A DNA stretch of 41,801 nucleotides from a phage. Both the position numbers and the translations under genes were made by a program. Positions 29,143-38,707 of the stretch are shown here, in pieces (positions within the stretch are counted from its first letter, which is position 1; each line of letters opens with the position of its first letter). The notes beneath the pieces are model-generated. The model saw only the letters and a program-made list of their open reading frames with translations, was not told where the DNA came from and made no database searches. The DNA is taken from sequence record PZ179881.1, one strand, 5' to 3'.

Positions 29143-31776
29143 ATGGCTAAAGTTGGCGGAAGCTACGACTCAGTTGTGCTCGGCGTGAGCCAGCAGACCC
29201 CGCAAGACCGCCGCTCTGGTCAGATGTGGGAGCAAGTTAACATGGTGTCTGACCCGGTACAGGGATTGACTCGCCGACACGGTTCCGTGTTTGAAGCGAA
29301 GCAAGACCTCAAGGCAGGCACCGTCAACACTAACTGGCTGCGGGAAGCGGCGGTTAAATTCAAGGTGCGCCCGTTCTCTATCGGCGGCATCGACTACGAC
29401 TTGATTTACTCAAACGAGTACGTCCGTGGCAACATCACCGAGGTTCTCCCGGTGTACTGCTATGACAAGACGAACAAGAAGTTCCTGCCTGTCAGAGGCT
29501 CTGGCGACGTGTGGGGTGCTCTGGTGGCGAACGGCGCTTCGGCAGTGGTCAACATCGGCTCGTACCTGTTCCTGTCTGCGAAGGGCTACGTCCCGCAGTA
29601 CACGACCACCACGAAGTATACGCCGGACAATGAGCGCAAGGCGATTGCCATCTGGGTGCGTAACGGCGACTACAGCCGCGACTACAACTTCCGATTCACC
29701 ACTACGGCAGGCACCACCTTCCTGGCAGCGGTTCGCACACCAGCGAGCACCTACCCTGGCAAGCTGGACACCTCCGGCATCCCTGTTCCGGTCATTAACA
29801 TGGCAGGCATCGGCGACAGTGGCAGCGCGGAAGACACCATGAAGTTGAACAAAGCTATCGCAGACTTCAACTCCAAGATGGCGCAGTACAACAAACAGAT
29901 TGCCGACTCAACCAACGGGTACAACTCGGCGGTGACGCAGTGGCTCGGAACGGCATCGGCGGCTATCCAGCCTGAGCAGATTGCCATCCAGCTCACTGAC
30001 CAGATTCGCTCGAAGGCGGGCCTGACGGCGCAGCAGGTTCAGCGAGACGGCTCATACATCTTCATCACGGATGCAGCCAACGTTAAAACGGGTGAGTGTG
30101 TTGCCGTGTCGGACTCCTACCTGAAAGCAGTGGTTAACGACGTGGCTAAGCCCGACGACCTCATCCCTAAGCACTTCTTCGGGAAGACGGTCAAGGTGCG
30201 CTCGCAGAAGGCCACTGGTAAGGATGCTTATTACCTGGTGGCGGAAGCGAAGGATGGGCAGAGCGGGCTGTACGGTGACGTTATCTGGCGTGAGACGGCA
30301 GGTATCCAGACGACTCCCACGAAGGTGTTCTGCGTAGGCACCATAGCCAACGGCACGTTATACATCGCATCTGACCCGGCATCGCTGGAGTCGGCGGCGG
30401 GCATCACTGGTGTACCGCGATTCGTGGGTAGTCAGGTCGGTGACCAGATTTCCATCCCGGTGCCGAACTTCCTCAAGAAAGGCATCAGCTACATGGGCGT
30501 GTTCCAGGACAGGCTCCTGATTGGCACAGGCTCCACGGTGTTCGCCAGCCGACCCGGTGACTACTTCAACTGGTTCCGCCAGTCGGTGCTGAGCGTATCC
30601 GACAACGACCCGGTGGAAATGTACGCCCTCGGCTCCGAAGACGATACGATTTATTGGGACACCACGTTTGACCGTAACCACGTTATGTTCGGACGAAAGT
30701 ACCAGTACATCATCAGTGGCCGCTCGCTGCTTACTCCTAACAACCCCAACATCCAGATTATGTCTGCGGTGGAGGATGCTGTTCAGGCAGAGCCGCAGGC
30801 CTCTGGTAACCTCGTCTTCTATGGCAAGGACATTATCAGCAAAGGCTCTCTGCACCAGATGCAGGTGGGCGCTACGACGGACTCTGCGGAATCGTATGAG
30901 TGCTCGCAGCAGCTCGACCGCTACATCAAGGGCAAGCCGTGCCAAATCCTGTGTAACCAGTCACCTTACGTCGTGCTACTCCGCACCACGGAGAAGTATA
31001 ACGGGTTCTACGTCTACACCTACCTGGACTCAATGCAGGGCGGTCAGCGTATGTTCGATAGCTGGTCAACGTGGGAGTGGGACGAGAAGCTGGGCTACTG
31101 TGCTGGCATTTCCAAGTACCAGGGTGAGATTCTCTGCTACACGCTGCGTACTCACAATAGCTGGATGGGTATGGTCTGCGACCGCTTTACCTTCGACACT
31201 GAACTGAGCGATTATCCTTATCTGGATTCGTGGCGACCCATGAAAGACTGGCGAGCCAACAATCAAGACCTGGTGCCTTCGCAGTTCCCGAAACGGTTGA
31301 GCGTGGCGTACACTGCGTCGCATACCTATTACTTCATGGGTTCGCCATACGAGAATCTGGACAACAATATGCCGGGCTGGGAAGCGGATATCAACAGCCT
31401 CATCATCGGGGTTAACTATCCGGCATACTTCACGCCAACGTCGCCTTACCTCCGGGATAAGAACGACAAGGCAATCCTGAATGGACGTCTGACGATTAGC
31501 CGCCTCAACGTCGCCGTGAGTGACACCGGGGCGCTGGATGGTCAGCTCGACCTGGGCGACCGACAGGTTGACCTGCCTGGGTTCAGTGGACGTATCCTGA
31601 CCCGTCTGGGTAACTTCGTAGGCCGTCAGCCGATTGTGGAAACGTCGGTAATCATGCCGATTTACAAGGAGATTCGGGAATACAAACTTAAACTAATGGC
31701 GCGAGATTGGCTACCGCTGACCGTAACAGGTCTGGAATGGGTAGGCCAATGGTTCAGCCGTGTACGGAGGGTTTAA
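29143..31776 (+). CDS. Tail tubular protein B
   Basis: 877 aa; position and size as T7 gp12. Confidence 0.75.
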   Translation: MAKVGGSYDSVVLGVSQQTPQDRRSGQMWEQVNMVSDPVQGLTRRHGSVFEAKQDLKAGTVNTNWLREAAVKFKVRPFSIGGIDYDLIYSNEYVRGNITEVLPVYCYDKTNKKFLPVRGSGDVWGALVANGASAVVNIGSYLFLSAKGYVPQYTTTTKYTPDNERKAIAIWVRNGDYSRDYNFRFTTTAGTTFLAAVRTPASTYPGKLDTSGIPVPVINMAGIGDSGSAEDTMKLNKAIADFNSKMAQYNKQIADSTNGYNSAVTQWLGTASAAIQPEQIAIQLTDQIRSKAGLTAQQVQRDGSYIFITDAANVKTGECVAVSDSYLKAVVNDVAKPDDLIPKHFFGKTVKVRSQKATGKDAYYLVAEAKDGQSGLYGDVIWRETAGIQTTPTKVFCVGTIANGTLYIASDPASLESAAGITGVPRFVGSQVGDQISIPVPNFLKKGISYMGVFQDRLLIGTGSTVFASRPGDYFNWFRQSVLSVSDNDPVEMYALGSEDDTIYWDTTFDRNHVMFGRKYQYIISGRSLLTPNNPNIQIMSAVEDAVQAEPQASGNLVFYGKDIISKGSLHQMQVGATTDSAESYECSQQLDRYIKGKPCQILCNQSPYVVLLRTTEKYNGFYVYTYLDSMQGGQRMFDSWSTWEWDEKLGYCAGISKYQGEILCYTLRTHNSWMGMVCDRFTFDTELSDYPYLDSWRPMKDWRANNQDLVPSQFPKRLSVAYTASHTYYFMGSPYENLDNNMPGWEADINSLIIGVNYPAYFTPTSPYLRDKNDKAILNGRLTISRLNVAVSDTGALDGQLDLGDRQVDLPGFSGRILTRLGNFVGRQPIVETSVIMPIYKEIREYKLKLMARDWLPLTVTGLEWVGQWFSRVRRV

Positions 31777-31779
31777 CCT

Positions 31780-32574
31780 ATGTGGGCGCAAATCGCTATG
31801 GCGGCGGTTAACGTTATCGAAGGCTACAGCATGTCTGGAGTCAAGCGTAAGGTTGCCAAAGCGCAGTATGGCCTTGAGAAGGCTCAGGACGAGCTGAACA
31901 AAGTACGCGGTCGCAATGCGGATTTGGCTGTAGTCGGCAATAACATGCTGGCTATGGCCAACGCCTCCGAGCAGGACTTCCAACGTCGCCGGGCAAATAA
32001 GCAAGCGCTTAAAGCCTATGGCGAGGCAGTCAGCCAGGAGGCATGGAACTCCGCGAAGCAGGCCGACGCCATGAACTCTCAGAAGTTCGAGCAGCAGCTA
32101 TCCAATGCAGGACGCCTCGGCAGTATCGCGGCGTCGGCAGCGGCGGCAGGTGTAGGTGGCTCAAGTGTTGACGCGGTGTACAATACCGAGTTGATGCGCC
32201 AAGACCGCCAGGAGCAGGCCGCAAGTCAGCAGATGGACGACTGGCAGTACGCCCGTAACCTGAACCAGATTTCAATGATGGACAACATCTACAACAATCT
32301 GGACTTCGGTGTTAGCTTCGCAGACCTTACCTATAAGGCTAACGAGCTGGTACTTGACCAGGCACAGGATAATAGCTGGCAGCATAAGTACAGCATCGGC
32401 AAGGCTGCTATGGACGGCATGAATGGGTTCATGGGTAACATGAACAACATCGGAATTAACCTGCAAGACTTTGGCTATAAAGGCAAGAACATCTTCGGCG
32501 GTGGTGGCGGCTCTGGCAGCGCTACTGGCGGGATGAACAAAGGCTTAGGCAAAGGTGGCGCAGTACGTCTATAA
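31780..32574 (+). CDS. Internal virion protein A
   Basis: 264 aa, Gly-rich C-terminus; position between tail tube B and the large internal core proteins. Confidence 0.55.
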   Translation: MWAQIAMAAVNVIEGYSMSGVKRKVAKAQYGLEKAQDELNKVRGRNADLAVVGNNMLAMANASEQDFQRRRANKQALKAYGEAVSQEAWNSAKQADAMNSQKFEQQLSNAGRLGSIAASAAAAGVGGSSVDAVYNTELMRQDRQEQAASQQMDDWQYARNLNQISMMDNIYNNLDFGVSFADLTYKANELVLDQAQDNSWQHKYSIGKAAMDGMNGFMGNMNNIGINLQDFGYKGKNIFGGGGGSGSATGGMNKGLGKGGAVRL

Positions 32575-32583
32575 GGAGACAAC

Positions 32584-34836
32584 ATGGCAGAGGGCAGCAT
32601 CCTCCCAACGGTGCCTAATGCTGCAATTGAGCGCGGGCAGCCTATCCAGGTCAACGCGCCAATGGCTCAGCAGCAGGCTCGACAGGCATTCGTCCCGTCA
32701 CGCACTCAGTACGTTCAGGCGTCCGGGCAGGCGCGGGTACAGGAATCATTACTCGGTGAAGTCAACAACCGTAACATTGAGGCGCTGTCCCGCCTGTCCG
32801 CAAGTCTGGGCCAGAAGTTCCAGGAGGCCCAGGAAGACAAGTTCGCTGAGGGTTACCTGCGGCACATGCAGGGTGAGGCCGTAGCGGATATCGCAGAGGA
32901 GAATCCCTTCTGGGGTATCTTCGGCGACGGCGCAGCGGTTCGCGGTGCTCGTGCAGCCCAGGTGCAGAACGCAGGCACCAGTGTACTCTCGTGGGTGCAG
33001 GCCAACCAGGGTAGCCTGATTGGTATGCCTGCGGACGCCCAGCGTAAGGCTGTGGCTGACTATGTGCAGACACTCAACACAGGTGACCCGCAAGCGGATA
33101 TGCTCATTGCGCAAAGTGCGATGAAGATTATCCCTGCGGTTATGGACAACCTCACCCGCGCCAGTGAAAGCGAGAATCAGCGCCAGGCAGCTCTGGCTCA
33201 GGCAGATGTGCTGGAACAACATGCACAGGGCTTGAACTATGCGGCTGACCAGGTGGCTAAAGGCCAGATGGCACCGGAGCATTACGATGCTCTCAAGGCT
33301 CAATTCCTACAGGCAGCAATGCCGATGCCGGGACAATCACCGGAATCATATCGGGCATCAATGCAAGGCAACGTGCTCTCGCTCGTGCGGAACGGTCAGT
33401 TCGAACTGGCTAACTCCGTGCGCAGCCAAGTGCTCGACCCCATGCTGACGCCGGATGAAAGATTCCAGCTTGACCAGCAGATGAAGCAGGCTAACGCTAC
33501 CTGGCTCAAAGATAACCCGGTATCTCGTGACTACACCGAGTTCACCGGAACACTGCCATCCCAGATTAACGCTGGTCGTTACTCTACGGAAGAACAGCTC
33601 CTCGCTGACATTGACCGCACCAACGCGGACTTCAAGGCTCAGACAGGCGCTCTCAATCCGATGATTAACAACGAGGAGCGAGCGCAGTATCTCGCCCGTT
33701 GGCAGGCGTGGAAACAGCAGCAGGACGAGGCAAACGCAAAGGCAGAAGCCAAGCAGAATGATGAGGAAGTTAAACGCACCATCTTCATGCAGGGTTTCGC
33801 CCACGGCTCGCCGTCCATCATGACCGCATCTGGTCTGGATGCACGGCAGAAGGCGGCGTTTGAGCAGACTGAGGCGGCGAAGTTCCTGACGGAGCCTGGC
33901 CTGCAATCAGCAAGCAACCTCGGCAAACTGGCAGTGAATGGCTACACCTTAGCACCCCTTAAAGAGAAGCTCTCTGGTACGTTGGGCGTTCTCAAGGGCG
34001 GCGGTATTCCCCGTGAGGAAGATATGCAGGCATTGCAGGCATCCTTCCAGAAGTTCCAGAACACCCCTTATGGGCTGGGAGCAGCGGAGGCGTACTTCGG
34101 TGAAGACCTTCCGCTGGTTATGGAAATGGCAGGACTCGACATGAGCGATAAGGCCAACCAGCAGTATTTCCGTGAACGTGCTCAAGCTCAGCGCAATGTG
34201 TTGAAGCCGGGGCCGGACACAATCAAGAAGGCTAACGACCTGGTTGATTCGGAAATGACCAACAAGGGCATCGGCTCCTGGTGGGCGCGTACCTTCAACG
34301 ACGCCCAGGCTATCGGGATTGGTTATGAGTCGGCACTCAAGGAAGATATGAAGCGCCACACGGCAGAGGTCATGGCGCAGTACCCGAACCTCGACGAGGA
34401 GCAGGTATTGAAGATTGCAGGGCAGCGAAGCATGAAGGGCAAACAAGTCCTGGGGAATATGCTGGTCGCAGGGCCGGGAGCTGACAAGCTCTTTCGGAAC
34501 CTTAATAGCCACCTGGATATTCCAATGCAGACGCCGGGCGATACCCGGTTCAACGTTGCAATCAATGACCAGATTCGTACCAAAGTAGATAAACGCTACG
34601 ACTTTACTGTGGGTTCAATCAACGCGTTCCAGAACGGCCAGATGTATGTTACTGTCACCCGTGACGACGGGGTACAGCAGAACATCGTCATGAGCGCCGA
34701 ACAGGTTGCGCAGTCGATTAACGCCAGCAAAGCCAAAGCAACCGCTGACAACAAGGAACGACGTAAGACCTACCAGCTCGAAACGGGCATGAGAGAGGCT
34801 TACCGCGTATCCGAAGCAAATAGAGGTAAGATGTAA
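32584..34836 (+). CDS. Internal virion (core) protein B
   Basis: 750 aa, Gln/Ala-rich helical; position and size as T7 gp15. Confidence 0.65.
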   Translation: MAEGSILPTVPNAAIERGQPIQVNAPMAQQQARQAFVPSRTQYVQASGQARVQESLLGEVNNRNIEALSRLSASLGQKFQEAQEDKFAEGYLRHMQGEAVADIAEENPFWGIFGDGAAVRGARAAQVQNAGTSVLSWVQANQGSLIGMPADAQRKAVADYVQTLNTGDPQADMLIAQSAMKIIPAVMDNLTRASESENQRQAALAQADVLEQHAQGLNYAADQVAKGQMAPEHYDALKAQFLQAAMPMPGQSPESYRASMQGNVLSLVRNGQFELANSVRSQVLDPMLTPDERFQLDQQMKQANATWLKDNPVSRDYTEFTGTLPSQINAGRYSTEEQLLADIDRTNADFKAQTGALNPMINNEERAQYLARWQAWKQQQDEANAKAEAKQNDEEVKRTIFMQGFAHGSPSIMTASGLDARQKAAFEQTEAAKFLTEPGLQSASNLGKLAVNGYTLAPLKEKLSGTLGVLKGGGIPREEDMQALQASFQKFQNTPYGLGAAEAYFGEDLPLVMEMAGLDMSDKANQQYFRERAQAQRNVLKPGPDTIKKANDLVDSEMTNKGIGSWWARTFNDAQAIGIGYESALKEDMKRHTAEVMAQYPNLDEEQVLKIAGQRSMKGKQVLGNMLVAGPGADKLFRNLNSHLDIPMQTPGDTRFNVAINDQIRTKVDKRYDFTVGSINAFQNGQMYVTVTRDDGVQQNIVMSAEQVAQSINASKAKATADNKERRKTYQLETGMREAYRVSEANRGKM

Positions 34837-34838
34837 CA

Positions 34839-37800
34839 ATGGCTAAATTCCGCGTAGACATAAACAAACCAACCGAGTATGACGGCCTGGCTAAGAAGAC
34901 AGAGGAGGCTTATGGTCTACCGGAAGGCCTGACTAAACTGGTACTGATGATTGAGAACCGCAACAACCCGCGCCGGGATGCAGTATCTCCGGCAGGGGCG
35001 GAAGGCCCAATGCAAATCATGCCAGCCAACAAGAAAGCCCTCGGAATCACCGATAGCTTCGACCCGGAGCAGGCATTCATGGGAGCAGGTAAGCTGCTCT
35101 CTGACGCCTTGAAACGCTACGACGGTAACATCGGAGCTGCCCTGGCGGACTATAATGGTGGCCCGAAGGCCGCAGAACGTTACCTGGCAGGTGAAGCGCT
35201 GCATCCAGAGACGAAGCAGTACCTGGATTTCGCGCAGGAGTATCTCCAGTCTGCCAACCCTACAACCAGTTATGGCGATACGGTCATTAACGCAGGTATC
35301 AACCAGGTGGAAGCGCAGGCTCCATCTGACCTGTACCAGGACGAAGAACAGCCGCTGTCCGCGTTTGTCACCGGGCTGGACGAGGAAGCAGAGCGCCGCT
35401 TGCAGGACGAAGCGAAGTTCTACGACCTCAGCCTGAATGACGCTGTGAAGTTCGGCTTTAAAGACACACTGACCTCCGCCATTTCCCATGCGTTTGAACG
35501 CGAGGAGGATGAAAATTATGTGCTTGGCGATGAGCAGTTTAATCAGATTAAGCAACAGTTTCCGCAAGGACTCAGTGAAGCCCAAGAAGCCCGAATCAGA
35601 AACAGCCGCAGTCAAGCGGACTTCGAATACAACGTTGAGCGCGTTCGTCAAGAGAATGACTTCGGGCAGCGCATGGCGACACAAATGGGCTGGAATGCTG
35701 CTGGTGCCTATGCTGGCGTCATGGCAGGTGGCCTATTCGACCCCGTTGCATTACCGCTTGGAACCTTTGGTGCTGCTGGACGCCTCATCAAGGGAAGCAG
35801 CGCTCTCGCTTCTGCTGGGCGTATGGCTGCTGAGGGTGCTGCTGCTACAGCTATCATCAGTCCCGTCGTTCAACAGATTGATAAAGGCAGCGTAGACGCA
35901 GGCCTGGTGTTGCAGCACATGGGTACGGCAGCGGTATTCGGCGGCGGACTCGGCCTGGTGTTCCGCTCTCCTGCGGTTCGCCCATTCGACGAGGTGACCC
36001 GTGAATCTGCACAGGGACGTGTGGACGGTAACCCGGTGTATCAGGATGTGTTGCCGCAGACTGGCGACGACGGTATCGTTGTTAACTTCAATGACGCTCA
36101 CGATACGTCAGTTGGCCCGGCTGGTGAAATCATCGGTGTAGGCCCGACTGCTGTGCTGCGCCACGCTGAGCGCTTCGACGAGAGCTACGGCTCCAAAGCT
36201 GCGGACGACGTGCGCAACCTCCGCGTCAAGTGGTACAATTGGGAAACCCGTAACAAGCTGTTCGGCTGGGCGGACTCTGAGGGCGTACAGCTCGCTAAGT
36301 CAAAGAGCAAGGTAGCCCGCTGGGTTGGCGCTATGTGGTCTGGTGACCAGGCTGGCCTCGGTCGTCAGCAGACGCGCACCGCCGCTGTCCTCAAGGAGCA
36401 GATGAAAGACCAGATGCTGTTCGATTACGTGCCGCAGATGAAGTCTGCCCTGGAATCGTACATGACCCCAGGTGAGAAGATGAACTACATGGCAGGCGGC
36501 GCTGCTGACATACAGGCGCGATTCTCCCGTGAAGTTCAGCTTGAGCGCTACCGCCACCGCGAGTACCGCGCTGCCAACGGCGGAGAGTCCACTGGCTATG
36601 TGTCTGAGGCTCCGGCCTCGGTGCAGCAGGCAGCTAAGGCGCTTGACGACCTGATGGCGAAGACGAAGAAGATGCACCTGGACGCTGATACCGAACACGC
36701 CAGCATCCTCAAGGATATGGACAGTGTGGGTTACATCGAGCAGCGCCCAGACTTCATCCGAATCAACCGCGCAACGCCGGAGGAGCGCAAGGCGTTCCTG
36801 GACATGGTTAAGGACGACTACCACGCTGAGGCGACCGCCAAGATTAACAAGATGCGCAAGGAGCGCACCGAGTGGATTGAGGCGACGTACAAACGTGCGG
36901 AGCAGGCGCTGGATGGCGAGGGTAAGAAGGAGTGGGTTGACGACTTCCTGAAAGACCCGGAGCGCTACTTCGACAAGCACATTGAGTTGCTGTCCAAGAA
37001 GATTCACAGCGAAATGGATAAACGCGCAAGTCACTGGTGGGAGAACGCCCTGCGTAACCCGGAGGAACGCTACCAGAACAGCGAGGCGTCCCTGCTGACC
37101 CTGGCCCGCGAAATGAGTGATGAGTGGTTTACTGGCCGTGAAGTAGACGCCGACATGGTGAAGGACTTCCAGAAAGCCCTGACCTCCAAGTGGGCAGACA
37201 CCTCCCGCCGTGAGCTGCAAATGACCAACAAGCGCGTAGTCAACGGTCAAGACCTGTACCTTCTGGATATGTTCCAGCACGACGTGTTCGCATCGACTGT
37301 CTCCACTGTCAACAACACAGCAGGCCGTGTCGCAATGGCTAAGCTGGGCTGGAAGACGGAACAGGACATTCAGGACACACTGACCGCCATGTACCACGGT
37401 GGTGCGACGACTCGTGAAGTTGAAGCGGCTAAGCACATCAGCGACATTATCCTCAACCGTGCTCGCGGCCTGGATGATGCTCCTCTGGTGCAGTCCCTCA
37501 GCAACATGACTCACGCTACCATGATGGGTAAGCTGGGCCAGGCTATTCTGGCTGACCTGCCTATGGCTATCGGTAACATCGGCATCGGCGGCATGTTCGA
37601 CGCGCTGGGTAAGATGGCTGAGAAGGTGATGGACGGCTCCATGTTCGTCCGCAACGGTCGCCTGACTGATGTGGGTTCTGACCTGGATTCGCTGTCTAAA
37701 GGGATGCTGGGCCACGACAACGAGCTGTGGATTCCTCAGCAGACCAACGCTGACGGGTTCGCAATGGAGGTAGGCGGCTCACTTCTCCGCCGTACTGCCG

Positions 37801-38636
37801 CAGGCGCTCGTATTACCAACACACTGTCCGGCGCTAACGCAATGGCTAAGCTGGTAGGCACTGGTGTTACCCGTGCGAGCAACAAGAAGATGCACACCTT
37901 CTTCCGTACCGGGAAGGGTATCTCCGAAGCTCGCCTGGCGGACGTTGGCTTAACCAAGAAGGAAATCACCCGCATAAAGAAACAGTTCGGCCAGTTCTCC
38001 GACAAGGATAACTTCGGCCTGGACAAGTGGACTGACCCGCTGGCTAAAGAAGACCTGATTGCCGCAGCTAACCGCTTCTCGCAGCAGGGCATGATGAGCA
38101 AGTCCTATGCAGGTGACCTGCCGCAGTGGACGCGCAACACCGTCCTGGGTTACATCTACTCACGCTTCCGTGCTATCGGCATCAAGGCGCAGGAGAAGGT
38201 GCTGGTTCGTAACCTGACACTCGCAGACAGCAACACCGTAGCCATGCTGACCTCGGCGGTAGCCTTCGCTACCTTCCTGAGCTATGCCCGTATCTACGCA
38301 GATGCAGCAACCAGCAAAGACGGTAAGAAGGTGCTGAAAGACCGACTCACTCCGGTTGGCATTGCTGACCAGGTGATGAGGTTCACTTCGGTAATGGGCC
38401 TGGGTTCTGAGTTCACCAACATCCTGAACCTGCTGATTGGCGGTGGCGTACAGGGCGGTAGCGATACCCCGCTGACTGCTTACCCGTCAAACGTAGGTAA
38501 GGCGATTGGTGCCGCAGGCAAGGCTGTTACTGGCGACGGCTCTGTGGGTAATGCTGTGGCTGCTGGTACTAAGCTGCTCCCTGGTGCGAACACCTACCAG
38601 ATGCTGCTGCTGCGCCAGGCGCTGCAAGACGACTAA
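34839..38636 (+). CDS. Internal virion protein C with N-terminal lytic transglycosylase domain
   Basis: 1265 aa; N-terminal LVLMIENRNNPRRDAVSPAGAEGPMQIMPAN matches the SLT catalytic motif; size and position as T7 gp16. Confidence 0.8.
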   Translation: MAKFRVDINKPTEYDGLAKKTEEAYGLPEGLTKLVLMIENRNNPRRDAVSPAGAEGPMQIMPANKKALGITDSFDPEQAFMGAGKLLSDALKRYDGNIGAALADYNGGPKAAERYLAGEALHPETKQYLDFAQEYLQSANPTTSYGDTVINAGINQVEAQAPSDLYQDEEQPLSAFVTGLDEEAERRLQDEAKFYDLSLNDAVKFGFKDTLTSAISHAFEREEDENYVLGDEQFNQIKQQFPQGLSEAQEARIRNSRSQADFEYNVERVRQENDFGQRMATQMGWNAAGAYAGVMAGGLFDPVALPLGTFGAAGRLIKGSSALASAGRMAAEGAAATAIISPVVQQIDKGSVDAGLVLQHMGTAAVFGGGLGLVFRSPAVRPFDEVTRESAQGRVDGNPVYQDVLPQTGDDGIVVNFNDAHDTSVGPAGEIIGVGPTAVLRHAERFDESYGSKAADDVRNLRVKWYNWETRNKLFGWADSEGVQLAKSKSKVARWVGAMWSGDQAGLGRQQTRTAAVLKEQMKDQMLFDYVPQMKSALESYMTPGEKMNYMAGGAADIQARFSREVQLERYRHREYRAANGGESTGYVSEAPASVQQAAKALDDLMAKTKKMHLDADTEHASILKDMDSVGYIEQRPDFIRINRATPEERKAFLDMVKDDYHAEATAKINKMRKERTEWIEATYKRAEQALDGEGKKEWVDDFLKDPERYFDKHIELLSKKIHSEMDKRASHWWENALRNPEERYQNSEASLLTLAREMSDEWFTGREVDADMVKDFQKALTSKWADTSRRELQMTNKRVVNGQDLYLLDMFQHDVFASTVSTVNNTAGRVAMAKLGWKTEQDIQDTLTAMYHGGATTREVEAAKHISDIILNRARGLDDAPLVQSLSNMTHATMMGKLGQAILADLPMAIGNIGIGGMFDALGKMAEKVMDGSMFVRNGRLTDVGSDLDSLSKGMLGHDNELWIPQQTNADGFAMEVGGSLLRRTAAGARITNTLSGANAMAKLVGTGVTRASNKKMHTFFRTGKGISEARLADVGLTKKEITRIKKQFGQFSDKDNFGLDKWTDPLAKEDLIAAANRFSQQGMMSKSYAGDLPQWTRNTVLGYIYSRFRAIGIKAQEKVLVRNLTLADSNTVAMLTSAVAFATFLSYARIYADAATSKDGKKVLKDRLTPVGIADQVMRFTSVMGLGSEFTNILNLLIGGGVQGGSDTPLTAYPSNVGKAIGAAGKAVTGDGSVGNAVAAGTKLLPGANTYQMLLLRQALQDD

Positions 38637-38663
38637 CCGAACGGGGTGTACAATTCGTGTACG

Positions 38664-38687
38664 TTGAATTGGCACCCCTATAGTAAC
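38664..38687 (+). promoter_or_regulatory. Phage RNAP promoter upstream of tail fibre gene
   Basis: TTGAATTGGCACCCCTATAGTAAC followed by TAAACGAGGG; ~25 nt before the tail fibre ATG. Confidence 0.7.
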
Positions 38688-38707
38688 TAAACGAGGGAAT
38701 AGGCTTT

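Noticed and set aside
36300-37715. 471-aa minus-strand ORF
   Set aside because: Lies wholly antisense within the confidently assigned internal virion protein C gene; no SD; long antisense ORFs are expected in GC-rich coding DNA.
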